NCBI GenBank assembly: GCA_963821975.1
Contig: CAWGFV010000006.1
Span: 38,392-102,391, forward strand
Reading direction: 5' to 3'
Length of the DNA: 64,000 nucleotides
Origin: an uncultured Alphaproteobacteria bacterium
GTDB lineage: Bacteria; Pseudomonadota; Alphaproteobacteria; Rhizobiales; Xanthobacteraceae
Part shown: in pieces, positions 47,786-56,664 of the stretch
How positions within the stretch are numbered: the stretch's first letter is position 1
How the letters are laid out: every line of letters begins with the position of its first letter
Translations under genes and position numbers: made by a program
The notes under the pieces: model-generated
The model's database searches: none
Told to the model about the DNA's origin: nothing
The model's input: the letters and a program-made list of their open reading frames with translations, nothing else

Positions 47786-49618
47786 TTGCGGTTTGTCGAA
47801 GGTCCCATCGTGCCGACACGTCGTTTATTGCAACCAACTGGCCTAGATGCTTCACGCTTTGGACTAGCCGCGCTATGCGCAATGGCTGCAATCGTCGGCG
47901 TCATCACCGGAGTAGGTGCGCTGGTCTTTCGGGTGATGATTAGCGTCATCCATAATTTGTTCTTTTTGAAGACATTCTCTCTCAACTACAATTCGAGCCT
48001 GTTCACGCCGGGGAGCCCGTGGGGCGCCGCTGTCATTTTCGTCCCGGTCGTGGGCGGCATTATCGTCACCTTCATCGTGTCGAATTTTGCGCCGGAAGCG
48101 AAGGGCCACGGCGTCCCCGAAGTCATGGACGCGATCTACTATAAGGGCGGTGTGATCCGCCCGGTGGTGGCGGCGGTCAAATCAATCGCGTCAGCGGTCG
48201 CCATTGGTACCGGTGCGGCGGTTGGCCGCGAAGGACCAATCATCCAGATTGGCTCCGCGTTGGGCTCCACGTTTGGTCAAATTCTCAAACTGACTCCGGC
48301 TCAGCGCATCGTTCTTGTCGGCGCAGGCGCCGGGGCGGGCATTGCCGCGACCTTCAATACACCGCTGGGCGGCGTGCTGTTCGTCACCGAATTGATGCTG
48401 CCGGAAGTGAGCGTGAACACGTTCCTGCCAGTCGCGACCGCGACGGGCGTGGCGACATTTCTTGGCAGGCTTTTTTTTGGGCCTGATCCCGCGTTTTCTG
48501 TGCCCGACATGGTTCCCCTGCCAAACAGTCTTGGTGGCGGCACCTTCACGCTACTGCTCTACATAGTACTCGGCGTCCTCACGGGGTTGGCCGCTGCGGC
48601 TTTCATCCGTGGCCTTCACCTTGTGGAAGATGTGTTCGACAAGATTCCCGGCCGTTACCTTAGGCACATGATTGGCATGTTGTTCGTCGGCATCTTGATG
48701 TTTTTGCTATTCCGCTATTTCGGTCATTACTACGTGGAAGGTGTCGGCTATGCGACGATCCAAGCGATCCTGAACGGCCAGCTTGCCGGTGCTGGGCTCT
48801 TGGCATTGCTATTTGTCGGGAAACTCGCCGCAACTTCGACCAGTCTCGGTTCTGGTTCTTCCGGTGGCGTGTTTTCGCCGTCGCTATACATGGGAGCAAC
48901 GTTGGGCGGCGCCTTCGCCGGCCTGCTGGTGCAACTCCTCCATGTGCCAGTGAATGTGCCAGCCTTCGCTATGGTGGGGATGGGTGCCATGGTCGGCGGC
49001 GGTACCGGAGCGGCCATGACAGCCGTAACGATGATCTTCGAGATGACACGCGACTATAACATCGTGCTGCCGATGATCCTGGCGGTCGGCGCGAGCCTCG
49101 CCACCCGGCGCCTGTTGTCGCGCGAGAACATCTATACGCTAAAGCTCATCCGCCGTGGCCATCCGGTGCCGCGTGGTCTGCACGCCAATATGTTCCTGGT
49201 GCAAAGCGCCAAGGACGTCATGGAAACCGACGTGCCGATTTTGCCGGCAGAGATGTCTCTTGATGAATTTTTGCTGCTGCCCGAGAACAAAGGAGCTATC
49301 CGGCACGTTGTAGTGACGCGCGGTAACCGAATATCCGGCGTGGTGCGAATCAATACTGGCATTCGCCAGCAGCTTGCCGGTACTCAAACAGGCGTCACGT
49401 TGGGCGATGTCGCGCGCAAGGACTTTACTATTGTGCAGGAAGGAGACGCAGTCTTCGATGTAATCCGCAGGATGTCCCGGCGGGGTGTGACAATGGCGCT
49501 CGTGGTTGATGTACCGAACAAACGCACGATTGCACGGCCTAGCCAAATTCGCGGCGTGATCACGAAGGAACATGTTGCCGATTCGGTAGCCAAAACAGTA
49601 TCGATTTATCCTCGCTAG
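47786..49618 (+). CDS. ClC family voltage-gated chloride channel/antiporter with C-terminal CBS pair
   Basis: KGHGVPEV, GREGPIIQIG and GVFSPSLYMGA selectivity motifs. Tandem CBS-like C-terminus. TTG start at 47786 is uncertain. Confidence 0.85.
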   Translation: MRFVEGPIVPTRRLLQPTGLDASRFGLAALCAMAAIVGVITGVGALVFRVMISVIHNLFFLKTFSLNYNSSLFTPGSPWGAAVIFVPVVGGIIVTFIVSNFAPEAKGHGVPEVMDAIYYKGGVIRPVVAAVKSIASAVAIGTGAAVGREGPIIQIGSALGSTFGQILKLTPAQRIVLVGAGAGAGIAATFNTPLGGVLFVTELMLPEVSVNTFLPVATATGVATFLGRLFFGPDPAFSVPDMVPLPNSLGGGTFTLLLYIVLGVLTGLAAAAFIRGLHLVEDVFDKIPGRYLRHMIGMLFVGILMFLLFRYFGHYYVEGVGYATIQAILNGQLAGAGLLALLFVGKLAATSTSLGSGSSGGVFSPSLYMGATLGGAFAGLLVQLLHVPVNVPAFAMVGMGAMVGGGTGAAMTAVTMIFEMTRDYNIVLPMILAVGASLATRRLLSRENIYTLKLIRRGHPVPRGLHANMFLVQSAKDVMETDVPILPAEMSLDEFLLLPENKGAIRHVVVTRGNRISGVVRINTGIRQQLAGTQTGVTLGDVARKDFTIVQEGDAVFDVIRRMSRRGVTMALVVDVPNKRTIARPSQIRGVITKEHVADSVAKTVSIYPR

Positions 49619-49717
49619 CTCTCAACAAGATGGTACTAATTTTGAGCGCGTAGGTTGCCGAGCCGGCGCTCCACCGCACTTCTAAAAATGCGCGGCTGCG
49701 CCTATGTAATCAAAAAG

Positions 49718-49743
49718 AACCGCGCCGGCTAAGGCGCGGTTTT
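49718..49743. terminator. bidirectional terminator hairpin
   Basis: AAAAAG AACCGCGCC ggctaa GGCGCGGTT TTGTG, with an A-run before and a T-run after. Confidence 0.55.
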
Positions 49744-49935
49744 GTGCAGTAATAGTGGAGGATTCACATCGCCCGAAAGGAGAGAAGTGGGCGACGCCTT
49801 TGCACAGTGGTACTTTATGACTTCGTGGGCAACTGAACAAATAAATTTTCGTTTACTGGCCAATCTCAATTGGCGGTTTCGCAGTTGTCCAACGTCGTCA
49901 TAATCGCGGGACGTTTTGCGGTGGCTGCCGCTCAT
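49729..49935 (-). CDS. hypothetical small basic protein (68 aa), downstream member of an ATGA-overlapping pair
   Basis: ATG 49935-49933 overlaps the TGA 49934-49932 of the upstream ORF. The stop lies in the terminator hairpin. Low GC. Confidence 0.3.
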   Translation of the reverse strand: MSGSHRKTSRDYDDVGQLRNRQLRLASKRKFICSVAHEVIKYHCAKASPTSLLSGDVNPPLLLHKTAP

Positions 49936-50150
49936 TTTTGGACGCTCTCTGATTTTCGTCTGCTGGATTCCAGCCATCCAACGATAATAAGAGGGCCAAC
50001 AAAGCTCGCGATTGCTGCGATTGCTAATATCGGACGGTTGTCCAGCCATTGATAACGGTAATCAAATAGAAGCGCGAGACATGCGCCGGGAAACCCAAGC
50101 CCTATCCAAACGCTAGCGATGTGCGACAAAAACTTTCGTAAGACTGCCAT
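49932..50150 (-). CDS. hypothetical small two-TM membrane protein (72 aa)
   Basis: MAVLRKFLSHIASVWIGLGFPGACLALLF...ILAIAAIASFVGPLIIVGWL. Weak RBS. Confidence 0.3.
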   Translation of the reverse strand: MAVLRKFLSHIASVWIGLGFPGACLALLFDYRYQWLDNRPILAIAAIASFVGPLIIVGWLESSRRKSESVQK

Positions 50151-50200
50151 CCCACCATTTTGCAGCCGTCCGCGCGAGCCCACTAGGCTGGAAATATCGC

Positions 50201-50300
50201 CTGGTGGCACTTCACGTCATTCGCCGCGACGCACCATTTCTGGTCGCTCTTGGAGCAACAGCAGACAAAGGTCGGCCCGGAGGCTGAAAAGCTGCGCAGC
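50201..50300 (+). repeat. REP/MITE-like dispersed repeat, copy F
   Basis: TGGTGGCACTTCACGTCATTCGCCGCGACGCACCATTTCTGGTCGCTCTTGGAGCAACAGCAGACAAAGGTCGGCC. Confidence 0.5.
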
Positions 50301-50643
50301 GAATGCCTCATCTGCGACATTGCAAAGCGGAATTGATGCGCTGCCGGTGGGCAGTTAAGCAGGTCCCGGCGCTACCTACTTGCTGCCCGGTAGCGATATG
50401 CAAATTTATCAGAGTGGCGTGCGAAGAAGGCTGGCCTTCTAGGAGAATGGCTGGCCGGAACAATCGGGATTTGCAATAATGTTGCAGCATGGTTGTGGCC
50501 GCGCTGCGTTTTCTTTCTGACCAGCGATGCTCGGTTAGCCGAATTTCTATTCACTGTATAGTCGTCAATCGACCGCCGGAATCGTGATCGCGGACAGACA
50601 ATCTGGTCAGAAATTCGAATAATTTCATGAAAGGGAGAAAAAA

Positions 50644-51948
50644 ATGAACGAGGTAACCTCAGGCCCAACCCAAAAGCAGATTTACAAAGTCGCACTGGCT
50701 AGCATCGTCGGATCGGTGATCGAACAATTTGACTTCCTCGTTACCGGCGTAATCGCGGCGACCGTCTGGGGCGGCATCTTCTTCAAGCTGCCGGCCGTCG
50801 CGGCCGTCGCGGCGGCGATCGGTGTCTACGGCATCGGCATCATCATCCGTCCGATCGGCGCCTATATCTTTGGCAACATCGCCGACCGGCACGGACGTAG
50901 GGATGCGTTGGTTTATGCCCTGGTGCTGATGGGCATTAGCACGCTGCTGATCGGACTGACGCCGACCTATGACAGCATCGGCATCGCCGCCCCGATCTTG
51001 CTGATCGTCTTCCGGCTGGCACAGGGCATTAGTTTCGGCGCTGAATTTGGCACCGCCTCGACCTGGGTGGTCGAACAGGCGGCGCGATCGAAGTACCGTG
51101 CCTTCTGGGGTGCCTGGGTCGGGTTTGCTATACCGATCGGGCTGCTGCTCGGCTTCGGCTCGGTGATCTTCACCAAGTCACTGATGACGCCGGAGCACTT
51201 CACGGCCTGGGGCTGGCGCATCCTGTTCGTCGTCGGTTTCCTAGTGGCGATTGTCGGCCTCATCATTCGGACGCGCACTGAAGACAGCTTTGTCTTCACG
51301 CAGCACAAGGCGCAGACCGCGGTTCTTGCTCATCCCGCGGCACAGGTCTGGCATGACATGCCGCTGACCATCCTGCGCACATCGCTGGTGAACGCAATGT
51401 TCGGCGGCGCATTCTTCCTCTACTTCGTGTTCGGCACCGCCTACATGAAGACAGTCGGCTTCACCGGATCGACGCCCGAAATAATCGGGCTAATCGCTGC
51501 GGCTTTCATGCTGGTGTTCATGATCATCGGTTCGCTGCTCGCCGACATCATCAACCGCCGGACGATCCTGTTGATCGCCGCCATTGTGTTCCTGGTCTTC
51601 GCCATCCCGTATTTTTACCTGATCAACACCGGCAGCTTCTTACTCGCGACCATCGCGGAGATTATCGGATTTGGCTTCGTGTTCGGCTTCGGCTATGGCG
51701 CGATACCGACCTTCTATACCGAGAATTTCCCGACCCGCTATCGCGCTTCGGGCGCAAACGCAGGTTATCAAATCGCGCAAATCTACGGCGGCGGACTGAT
51801 CCCGATTCTCGCCGGCGTAATATTGCGCGCCTACGGAATTAAGGAGGCCTATATCTATATCGGGGGCATGGTGATGATCTACGCAGTGCTGGCGATTCTG
51901 GCAATTCTCGTCACGCCGGAGACCAAAGGGATTAACCTCGAAAAGTGA
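50644..51948 (+). CDS. MFS transporter, metabolite:H+ symporter (MHS) type
   Basis: 434 aa, 12 TM, with GNIADRHGRRDALVYALVLMGISTLLIGLTPTY and FRLAQGISFGAEFG. Confidence 0.85.
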   Translation: MNEVTSGPTQKQIYKVALASIVGSVIEQFDFLVTGVIAATVWGGIFFKLPAVAAVAAAIGVYGIGIIIRPIGAYIFGNIADRHGRRDALVYALVLMGISTLLIGLTPTYDSIGIAAPILLIVFRLAQGISFGAEFGTASTWVVEQAARSKYRAFWGAWVGFAIPIGLLLGFGSVIFTKSLMTPEHFTAWGWRILFVVGFLVAIVGLIIRTRTEDSFVFTQHKAQTAVLAHPAAQVWHDMPLTILRTSLVNAMFGGAFFLYFVFGTAYMKTVGFTGSTPEIIGLIAAAFMLVFMIIGSLLADIINRRTILLIAAIVFLVFAIPYFYLINTGSFLLATIAEIIGFGFVFGFGYGAIPTFYTENFPTRYRASGANAGYQIAQIYGGGLIPILAGVILRAYGIKEAYIYIGGMVMIYAVLAILAILVTPETKGINLEK

Positions 51949-51964
51949 CTTAGCGGCTTGGTAG

Positions 51965-52088
51965 AGGCACGCCACGTCGCTTATTTGCACTTTTCGGACA
52001 AACGACCTCAGCCGTCGAATGGTCGCTAACGGAGCAAAGCGAACAAACGGGGGTTCTGGCCTTGGCCAAATAGGGCGCGATTGACCCA
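51965..52088 (+). repeat. REP/MITE-like dispersed repeat, copy H
   Basis: ACGTCGCTTATTTGCACTTTTCGGACAAACG...GGTCGCTAACGGAGCAAAGCGAACAAACGG..GGCCAAATAGGGCGCGATTGACCC. Starts 17 nt after the MFS stop. Confidence 0.55.
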
Positions 52089-52223
52089 GATGTATGGTCC
52101 GGCCGTGCGTTGCAAGTGGACTTCGCCGAACTGGCGGTGAGCGGTCTTGCATCAATGTATCCGGCCTCTGATTGGAGCGTGTTGTGCTCCGGGCCATCAT
52201 GGATATTAGCGCGCGTGCGATCT

Positions 52224-53526
52224 CATTAGCGGAAAGGCCTCGATCGGGCCATTTGGGTCACCAGTGTTCGCACGCGCCGGGAAGACCGAACCTCCATCTC
52301 GTCTCATCCTCTCGCAGACCTCGGCAGGTAAGGGTTATCGGACGACATCATCGTTTGCTCCTGATCTCGCCCTTGAGTGATCAAGCCGACTGGGTGGCGG
52401 CCTCACTGATTTTCCTCACTTCAAAGTCCCGGTCATGAGCCAGAACGCCCCAAGCGATGCGGGCCAGCTTGTTGGCGAGCGCAATCGCAAGCACGTTGGG
52501 GTGTAGCCGCTTCTTGGCCGCTTCGATCCAGGATTTGAGCCCGTAGCGCTCCCAGCTCTTGGGCCTGATCAGCACAACCCATGCCGCCTGCACGAACAGA
52601 ACGCGTAGATAGCGATTGCCGCGTTTGGAGATTCTGCCCAGGATCGTACGACCCCCGGTCGACATCTGTCTCGGCACCAGCCCCAACCATGCGGCGAAGT
52701 CGCGGCCCTTGGTGAAGACTTCTCCAGAACCGATCGCGGCCACCATTGCGCTGGAAATGATCGGCCCGATCCCCGGCACGCTCATCAGCCGCTCGCAACC
52801 GGCATCCTGGCGCGCGATGGCTTGGATCTCACTCGACAGACCTTCGACCCGCTCGTCGAGCCGTCGCCAGTCGCCGGCCAGGCCCTCAATCACCCGCACC
52901 ATGCGTGGCGACAGAACATCCGGGGGTGTGGCCAGGATGCGTGGCAGCTCGGCGCGCAAAAACCTTTGTCCCTGCCGGACCGGTATGCCGCGCTCTAGCA
53001 GGAAGGCGCGGATCTGATTGATGATGCCGGTGCGCTGGCTGACCAGTCGCTCCCGCACCCGGTGCAATGCCTGCAGGTCGAGTTGATCGGCAGTCTTTGT
53101 GGCGACGAACTTCATCGTCGGCCGCTGCACCGCTTCTGCAATGGCCTCCGCATCGCGGAAGTCGTTCTTCTGCCCTTTCGAATAGGGCCGGACGTACTTC
53201 GCCGGCATCAACCGGGCATCGTGACCCAGTGCTGTGAGTTTGCGGCTGAGATGATGCGCGCCAACGCAGGCCTCCATGCCGATCAGACAGGCCGGCATGT
53301 TGGCAAGGCGGGCTTCCACCTGGCCACGCGACCACTTCTGCCGCAGCACGATGGAGCCACGCTCATCGTGGCCTACGACGTGGAACGAGTTCTTGCCGAT
53401 ATCGATGCCGATTACGGCGATTGCGGTATTGAAGTTCTGAGACATGGCGTACTCCTTGTCTTTGGCGCCCCTTGGCAGCTTACTGCTGCGGGGCAGGAGC
53501 ACGGCCGGACCATCCCATTAGCGGAA
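52224..53526 (-). mobile_element. IS110-family element, boundaries tentative
   Basis: Single DEDD transposase gene. The 11-mer CATTAGCGGAA occurs in direct orientation at 52224-52234 and 53516-53526 (1292 bp apart), bracketing the gene. No terminal IRs seen, as is usual for IS110. Confidence 0.4.
52381..53445 (-). CDS. IS110-family transposase
   Basis: AIAVIGIDIGKNSFHVVGHDERG...CLIGMEACVGAHH...KNDFRDAEAIAEA..., C-terminal PGIGPIISSA...RGNRYLR. AAGGAG RBS before ATG 53445. Confidence 0.85.
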   Translation of the reverse strand: MSQNFNTAIAVIGIDIGKNSFHVVGHDERGSIVLRQKWSRGQVEARLANMPACLIGMEACVGAHHLSRKLTALGHDARLMPAKYVRPYSKGQKNDFRDAEAIAEAVQRPTMKFVATKTADQLDLQALHRVRERLVSQRTGIINQIRAFLLERGIPVRQGQRFLRAELPRILATPPDVLSPRMVRVIEGLAGDWRRLDERVEGLSSEIQAIARQDAGCERLMSVPGIGPIISSAMVAAIGSGEVFTKGRDFAAWLGLVPRQMSTGGRTILGRISKRGNRYLRVLFVQAAWVVLIRPKSWERYGLKSWIEAAKKRLHPNVLAIALANKLARIAWGVLAHDRDFEVRKISEAATQSA

Positions 53527-53617
53527 GTCTTGGGCCCCATTGCTACGGCGCCACAAGTGTCATTGCCTTGGTGTGTGAAATCCGTGCGCTTTATCAGCTT
53601 CTGTGCACTTTATCAGA

Positions 53618-54316
53618 TCAAGTGCCAAGCCAGCGAAACGAATTTGCAAGAAAGGCTTTGCCATTCGTATGGGGCCACTCGCCGTGAGCCACAATGACGC
53701 GTTGGCAATTCCAGTTCAGCACCTTGTCGCGCGCCCGGCGCGCCGGTGCGCGGTTGATAAACGATAATCGCCATTCGAGCGGCGCACAGGCTTTGTCCTG
53801 GGTGAGGCCATCGAGGCGCGCCAAGAAGCGCCAGCAACCCCAATGTTCTCGGAGGAAATGATCGCTGAACGTCTGTATCAAATCGGCGATGATCGCAGTG
53901 GCCGAGGGGCGGTGAAGAAAGACAATTTCGTCCATGGCGAGAGAGCCGCGGAACCATGCTTGATCGATATCGGCAAGCCATTCAGTCGGCGGGCTGTCTA
54001 CCAGCGCTTCCTGGAAGTTGATGTCGGGCCGCTTCTTGATTGTCGTTTGCGGCCCCCACAATTGTGCCTCGGGATAGGCCGCTTTCCATTCCTGCAAGTA
54101 TAGGTGATGGAGTTTGTTGGGGCTTACGAGGTGTCGGACAGAGCCCAGACTATCCACTTCGTTGCGCAAATCGGCGATTAGTTTGACTGGCGACCATACC
54201 CACAAGTCGCCGTTCGCTAATCGGGCGATGACCGAGCGCGTCGGATAGGGAAAACCAAAGAAGCTGACAATCTCTCCCTTTGCGACCCAAAGAGCGTCAT
54301 GCACTTGTTCGAGCAT
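53618..54316 (-). CDS. DUF4336 domain-containing protein
   Basis: LWVAKGEIVSFFGFPYPTRSVIARLANGDLWVWSPVKL...VRHLVSPNKLHHLYLQEWKAAYPEA. Confidence 0.7.
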   Translation of the reverse strand: MLEQVHDALWVAKGEIVSFFGFPYPTRSVIARLANGDLWVWSPVKLIADLRNEVDSLGSVRHLVSPNKLHHLYLQEWKAAYPEAQLWGPQTTIKKRPDINFQEALVDSPPTEWLADIDQAWFRGSLAMDEIVFLHRPSATAIIADLIQTFSDHFLREHWGCWRFLARLDGLTQDKACAPLEWRLSFINRAPARRARDKVLNWNCQRVIVAHGEWPHTNGKAFLANSFRWLGT

Positions 54317-54559
54317 GTCTTCAGCCGTCTACCGTGAATGCTAATGCTATGGCTTGGATTGACTAAAGCTCAAGTCTCAAGTGCGGGGCATTATGTTTTT
54401 CTACCGTGCAACACAAGCGTCGATCTTAGATGATGCTTGCAATATTGAGAGACCGATGGGCCTAACCCCGTTCTGCCAGTGGTTCGGAAAGCCTTTGGCG
54501 AAACGCCGCGCTCGGCCAATGGAGGTAGGGCGGTTTCTGACCGCAGCTAAAGAGCAAGA

Positions 54560-54690
54560 CGCAATGTCCGTTCTTGGCACTAAGCGACGTTTCGCTGCCA
54601 TGCGATGGCATGTCGGCTATTGGGGCAACAACGGACATCGGGCAGACTTGGAGCCTAGATGCGTCGGTCGAAAATGACCCAACTGCGACA
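54560..54690 (+). repeat. REP/MITE-like dispersed repeat, copy I
   Basis: CAATGTCCGTTCTTGGCACTAAGCGACGTTTCGCTGCC...CAACAACGGACATCGGG...AAAATGACCCAA. Confidence 0.5.
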
Positions 54691-54811
54691 ATATGGCGAT
54701 TACCACCGCCCGCCATCGGCCACCCAGGTTTTCATCTGGAAACGGCGAACGCCGTCGAGCAATATCTTTGCGCGTTCACTTTACAGAATGGATAGAGTTT
54801 GAATCGATAAA

Positions 54812-54948
54812 ACAATTGGTTGGCTAAGAGTCACATAAATATCACGGTCAAAAATCATCTGTGCAGATTTGCTATGCTAGGCCCCGCTTATCTAAGGTTG
54901 TTTGCTATATTTCTTGCGAACAACTTGGGGATTTTGTGGAGATTGATT
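54812..54948 (+). promoter_or_regulatory. conserved 137-nt leader/promoter of porin paralog 2
   Basis: Same block order and same length to the ATG as 41798-41934. Confidence 0.5.
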
Positions 54949-55725
54949 ATGGCTCGCTTCCGTAGTGCAACAATCGCCGCCGTCGCCGTTCTCGGCTTCA
55001 CTTCAATGGCCTACGCAGCTGACTTACCAGCTAAGGCACCGATGTACACAAAGGCGCCTGTCATGGCGCCGATGTATAATTGGACCGGTTTCTACATCGG
55101 TCTCAATGCCGGCGGCAGTTGGGGACGTCAGGAGAACGATCTCGTCACCGTTCCTGGCGGCCTGACCGTCTTTTCTGGTTCCGACAAACTGGACGGTTTC
55201 ATAGGCGGCGGTCAGATCGGCTACAATTGGCAAGCCAATCAGTGGGTCTTTGGCCTCGAAGGCGACTTCCAAGGATCGACCCAAAAAGCGGATGGAACGT
55301 TCCTTCTTCCTCCTACTGGCGTACTTCTCGTCGTCCCGGGGCTGACAGCCAACTACACCGACAAACTTGATTGGTTCGGCACCGTGCGCGGCCGCGTCGG
55401 CTACGCAATGGGTGCAACAGGCAATTGGCTGCCCTACGTGACTGGCGGCTGGGCCTTTGGGCATGGCACTCTCAGTGGAACGGGCACCACAACTCCCGCC
55501 GGGGTGGTCAACGCTTTTAGCGCTTCGCAGGATTACAGCGGCTGGACGGTCGGCGGCGGATTGGAGTGGGCATTCGCCGATCATTGGAGCGCCAAGGCCG
55601 AATATCTCTATATAGACTTCGGTAATGGCCCGACCGTGACTGCCAATACGGCCGGCACACTGGCAATCGTCAGCGGCAAGATGACGGACAACATTGCCCG
55701 CTTGGGCGTGAATTATAAATTCTAA
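54949..55725 (+). CDS. outer-membrane beta-barrel porin (Omp25/Omp31/RopB-like), paralog of 41935-42792
   Basis: Signal peptide ...LGFTSMAYAADLP, KAPMYTKAPVMAPMYNWTGFYIGLNAGGSWG, C-terminal LGVNYKF. Confidence 0.8.
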   Translation: MARFRSATIAAVAVLGFTSMAYAADLPAKAPMYTKAPVMAPMYNWTGFYIGLNAGGSWGRQENDLVTVPGGLTVFSGSDKLDGFIGGGQIGYNWQANQWVFGLEGDFQGSTQKADGTFLLPPTGVLLVVPGLTANYTDKLDWFGTVRGRVGYAMGATGNWLPYVTGGWAFGHGTLSGTGTTTPAGVVNAFSASQDYSGWTVGGGLEWAFADHWSAKAEYLYIDFGNGPTVTANTAGTLAIVSGKMTDNIARLGVNYKF

Positions 55726-55750
55726 TCAGTCTCGGCATTCGATCAAACGG

Positions 55751-55945
55751 GGCCGCCATTCAGTTGGCGGCCTCTTTCATTTGGAACCAAGTTCATTTCG
55801 AGCTAAGCGTGCGATGTCGCCTAATGGCACGTTGCTGCGTTCGCGGCACCGCACCATTTAGGACGCGATTGGACAACAACGGACAAAGGGCTGCGCTAGG
55901 GCTGAATTGGTCCGCAGCGTTAGACCCATTGCGTCAATTCGACAC
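55751..55945 (+). repeat. REP/MITE-like dispersed repeat, copy B, beginning with a terminator hairpin
   Basis: GGCCGCC attcagtt GGCGGCC TCTTTCATTT..., then GCGATGTCGCCTAATGGCAC..TTCGCGGCACCGCACCATTTAGG..CAACAACGGACAAAGGG... Confidence 0.55.
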
Positions 55946-56119
55946 TTGATCGCCAGCTTCAAAGAGCACTCCTTTATCACTCATACAGTTGCGCACCGCC
56001 GTTGAACCGGCAACATTTCTTGAGAGACGCTTTTGAATTGAAATACAGTACCTTTAGGTACCGTAGTAGAGACCGAACAGTCTAAATTGGCGGCTAGAAA
56101 TCATTAACCGTTACTGCGT

Positions 56120-56452
56120 ATGCTTGACATGGGCCTTCGGATTAAAACGATGTCAGGTATTTCGAGCGTAGCTTCCAGCTGGCTGAACGCGCTCACTACG
56201 AGCGGCAATTGGCTGCAGTCAGCCACTAGCTCTACTGCCAGTGCCGATTGGATTGACTCGGTCTCGTCAAGCAATTCTTTGGACTCTATGAGCGCTGACG
56301 CAAACGCTTTTGCCACGGCGGAACAAAATCTAACGTCCAGTCTCAACTCTAACACCGTAAATAACGCTGTCACGGCCCTTCAAAGCCAGGCATCGGGGCA
56401 GACGGCCGCTCAAAGCCAGACATCGGGGCAGTCGGTTAATATTCTGGCTTGA
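56120..56452 (+). CDS. hypothetical acidic Ser/Thr/Asn/Gln-rich protein (coding status uncertain)
   Basis: From MSGISS (ATG 56150) on, the 100 aa contain no K, R, H, C, P or Y. Internal tandem LQSQASGQTA/AQSQTSGQSV. No convincing RBS. An 89-aa antisense ORF (56104-56373) competes. Confidence 0.3.
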   Translation: MLDMGLRIKTMSGISSVASSWLNALTTSGNWLQSATSSTASADWIDSVSSSNSLDSMSADANAFATAEQNLTSSLNSNTVNNAVTALQSQASGQTAAQSQTSGQSVNILA

Positions 56453-56463
56453 ATTGAAATAGT

Positions 56464-56513
56464 TAAATTCGCGAACGGAAATAATCGCTCTCGTCTTTTG
56501 CGCCGTACAAACG
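56464..56513. repeat. 50-bp repeat, copy 2 (46/50 identical to 45467-45516)
   Basis: TAAATTCGCGAACGGAAATAATCGCTCTCGTCTTTTGCGCCGTACAAACG. Lies about 150-200 nt past the stop of the minus-strand lipase gene. Confidence 0.6.
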
Positions 56514-56664
56514 ACCGCGCCGAGTTTTGTCTATTTCCGCGACTAAAATTCCGCGATAGCCTCTACATTTGAAATTGCATCGCAAATTTTCTCGGATTTC
56601 GCGGGCAAAAGGGGACCCAATTCCGCACGCATTGGGCGGGGTGCTCCGACACTTTCTCAAGTGG

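Noticed and set aside
56104-56373. 89-aa minus-strand ORF (MTALFTVLELRLDV...) antisense to the Ser/Thr-rich ORF.
   Set aside because: Not annotated as a feature. It has a GTG start with an SD-like GAAGGG only 2 nt away, and no family signal. However, it cannot be excluded as the true coding strand, so it is kept as the alternative hypothesis for that locus.
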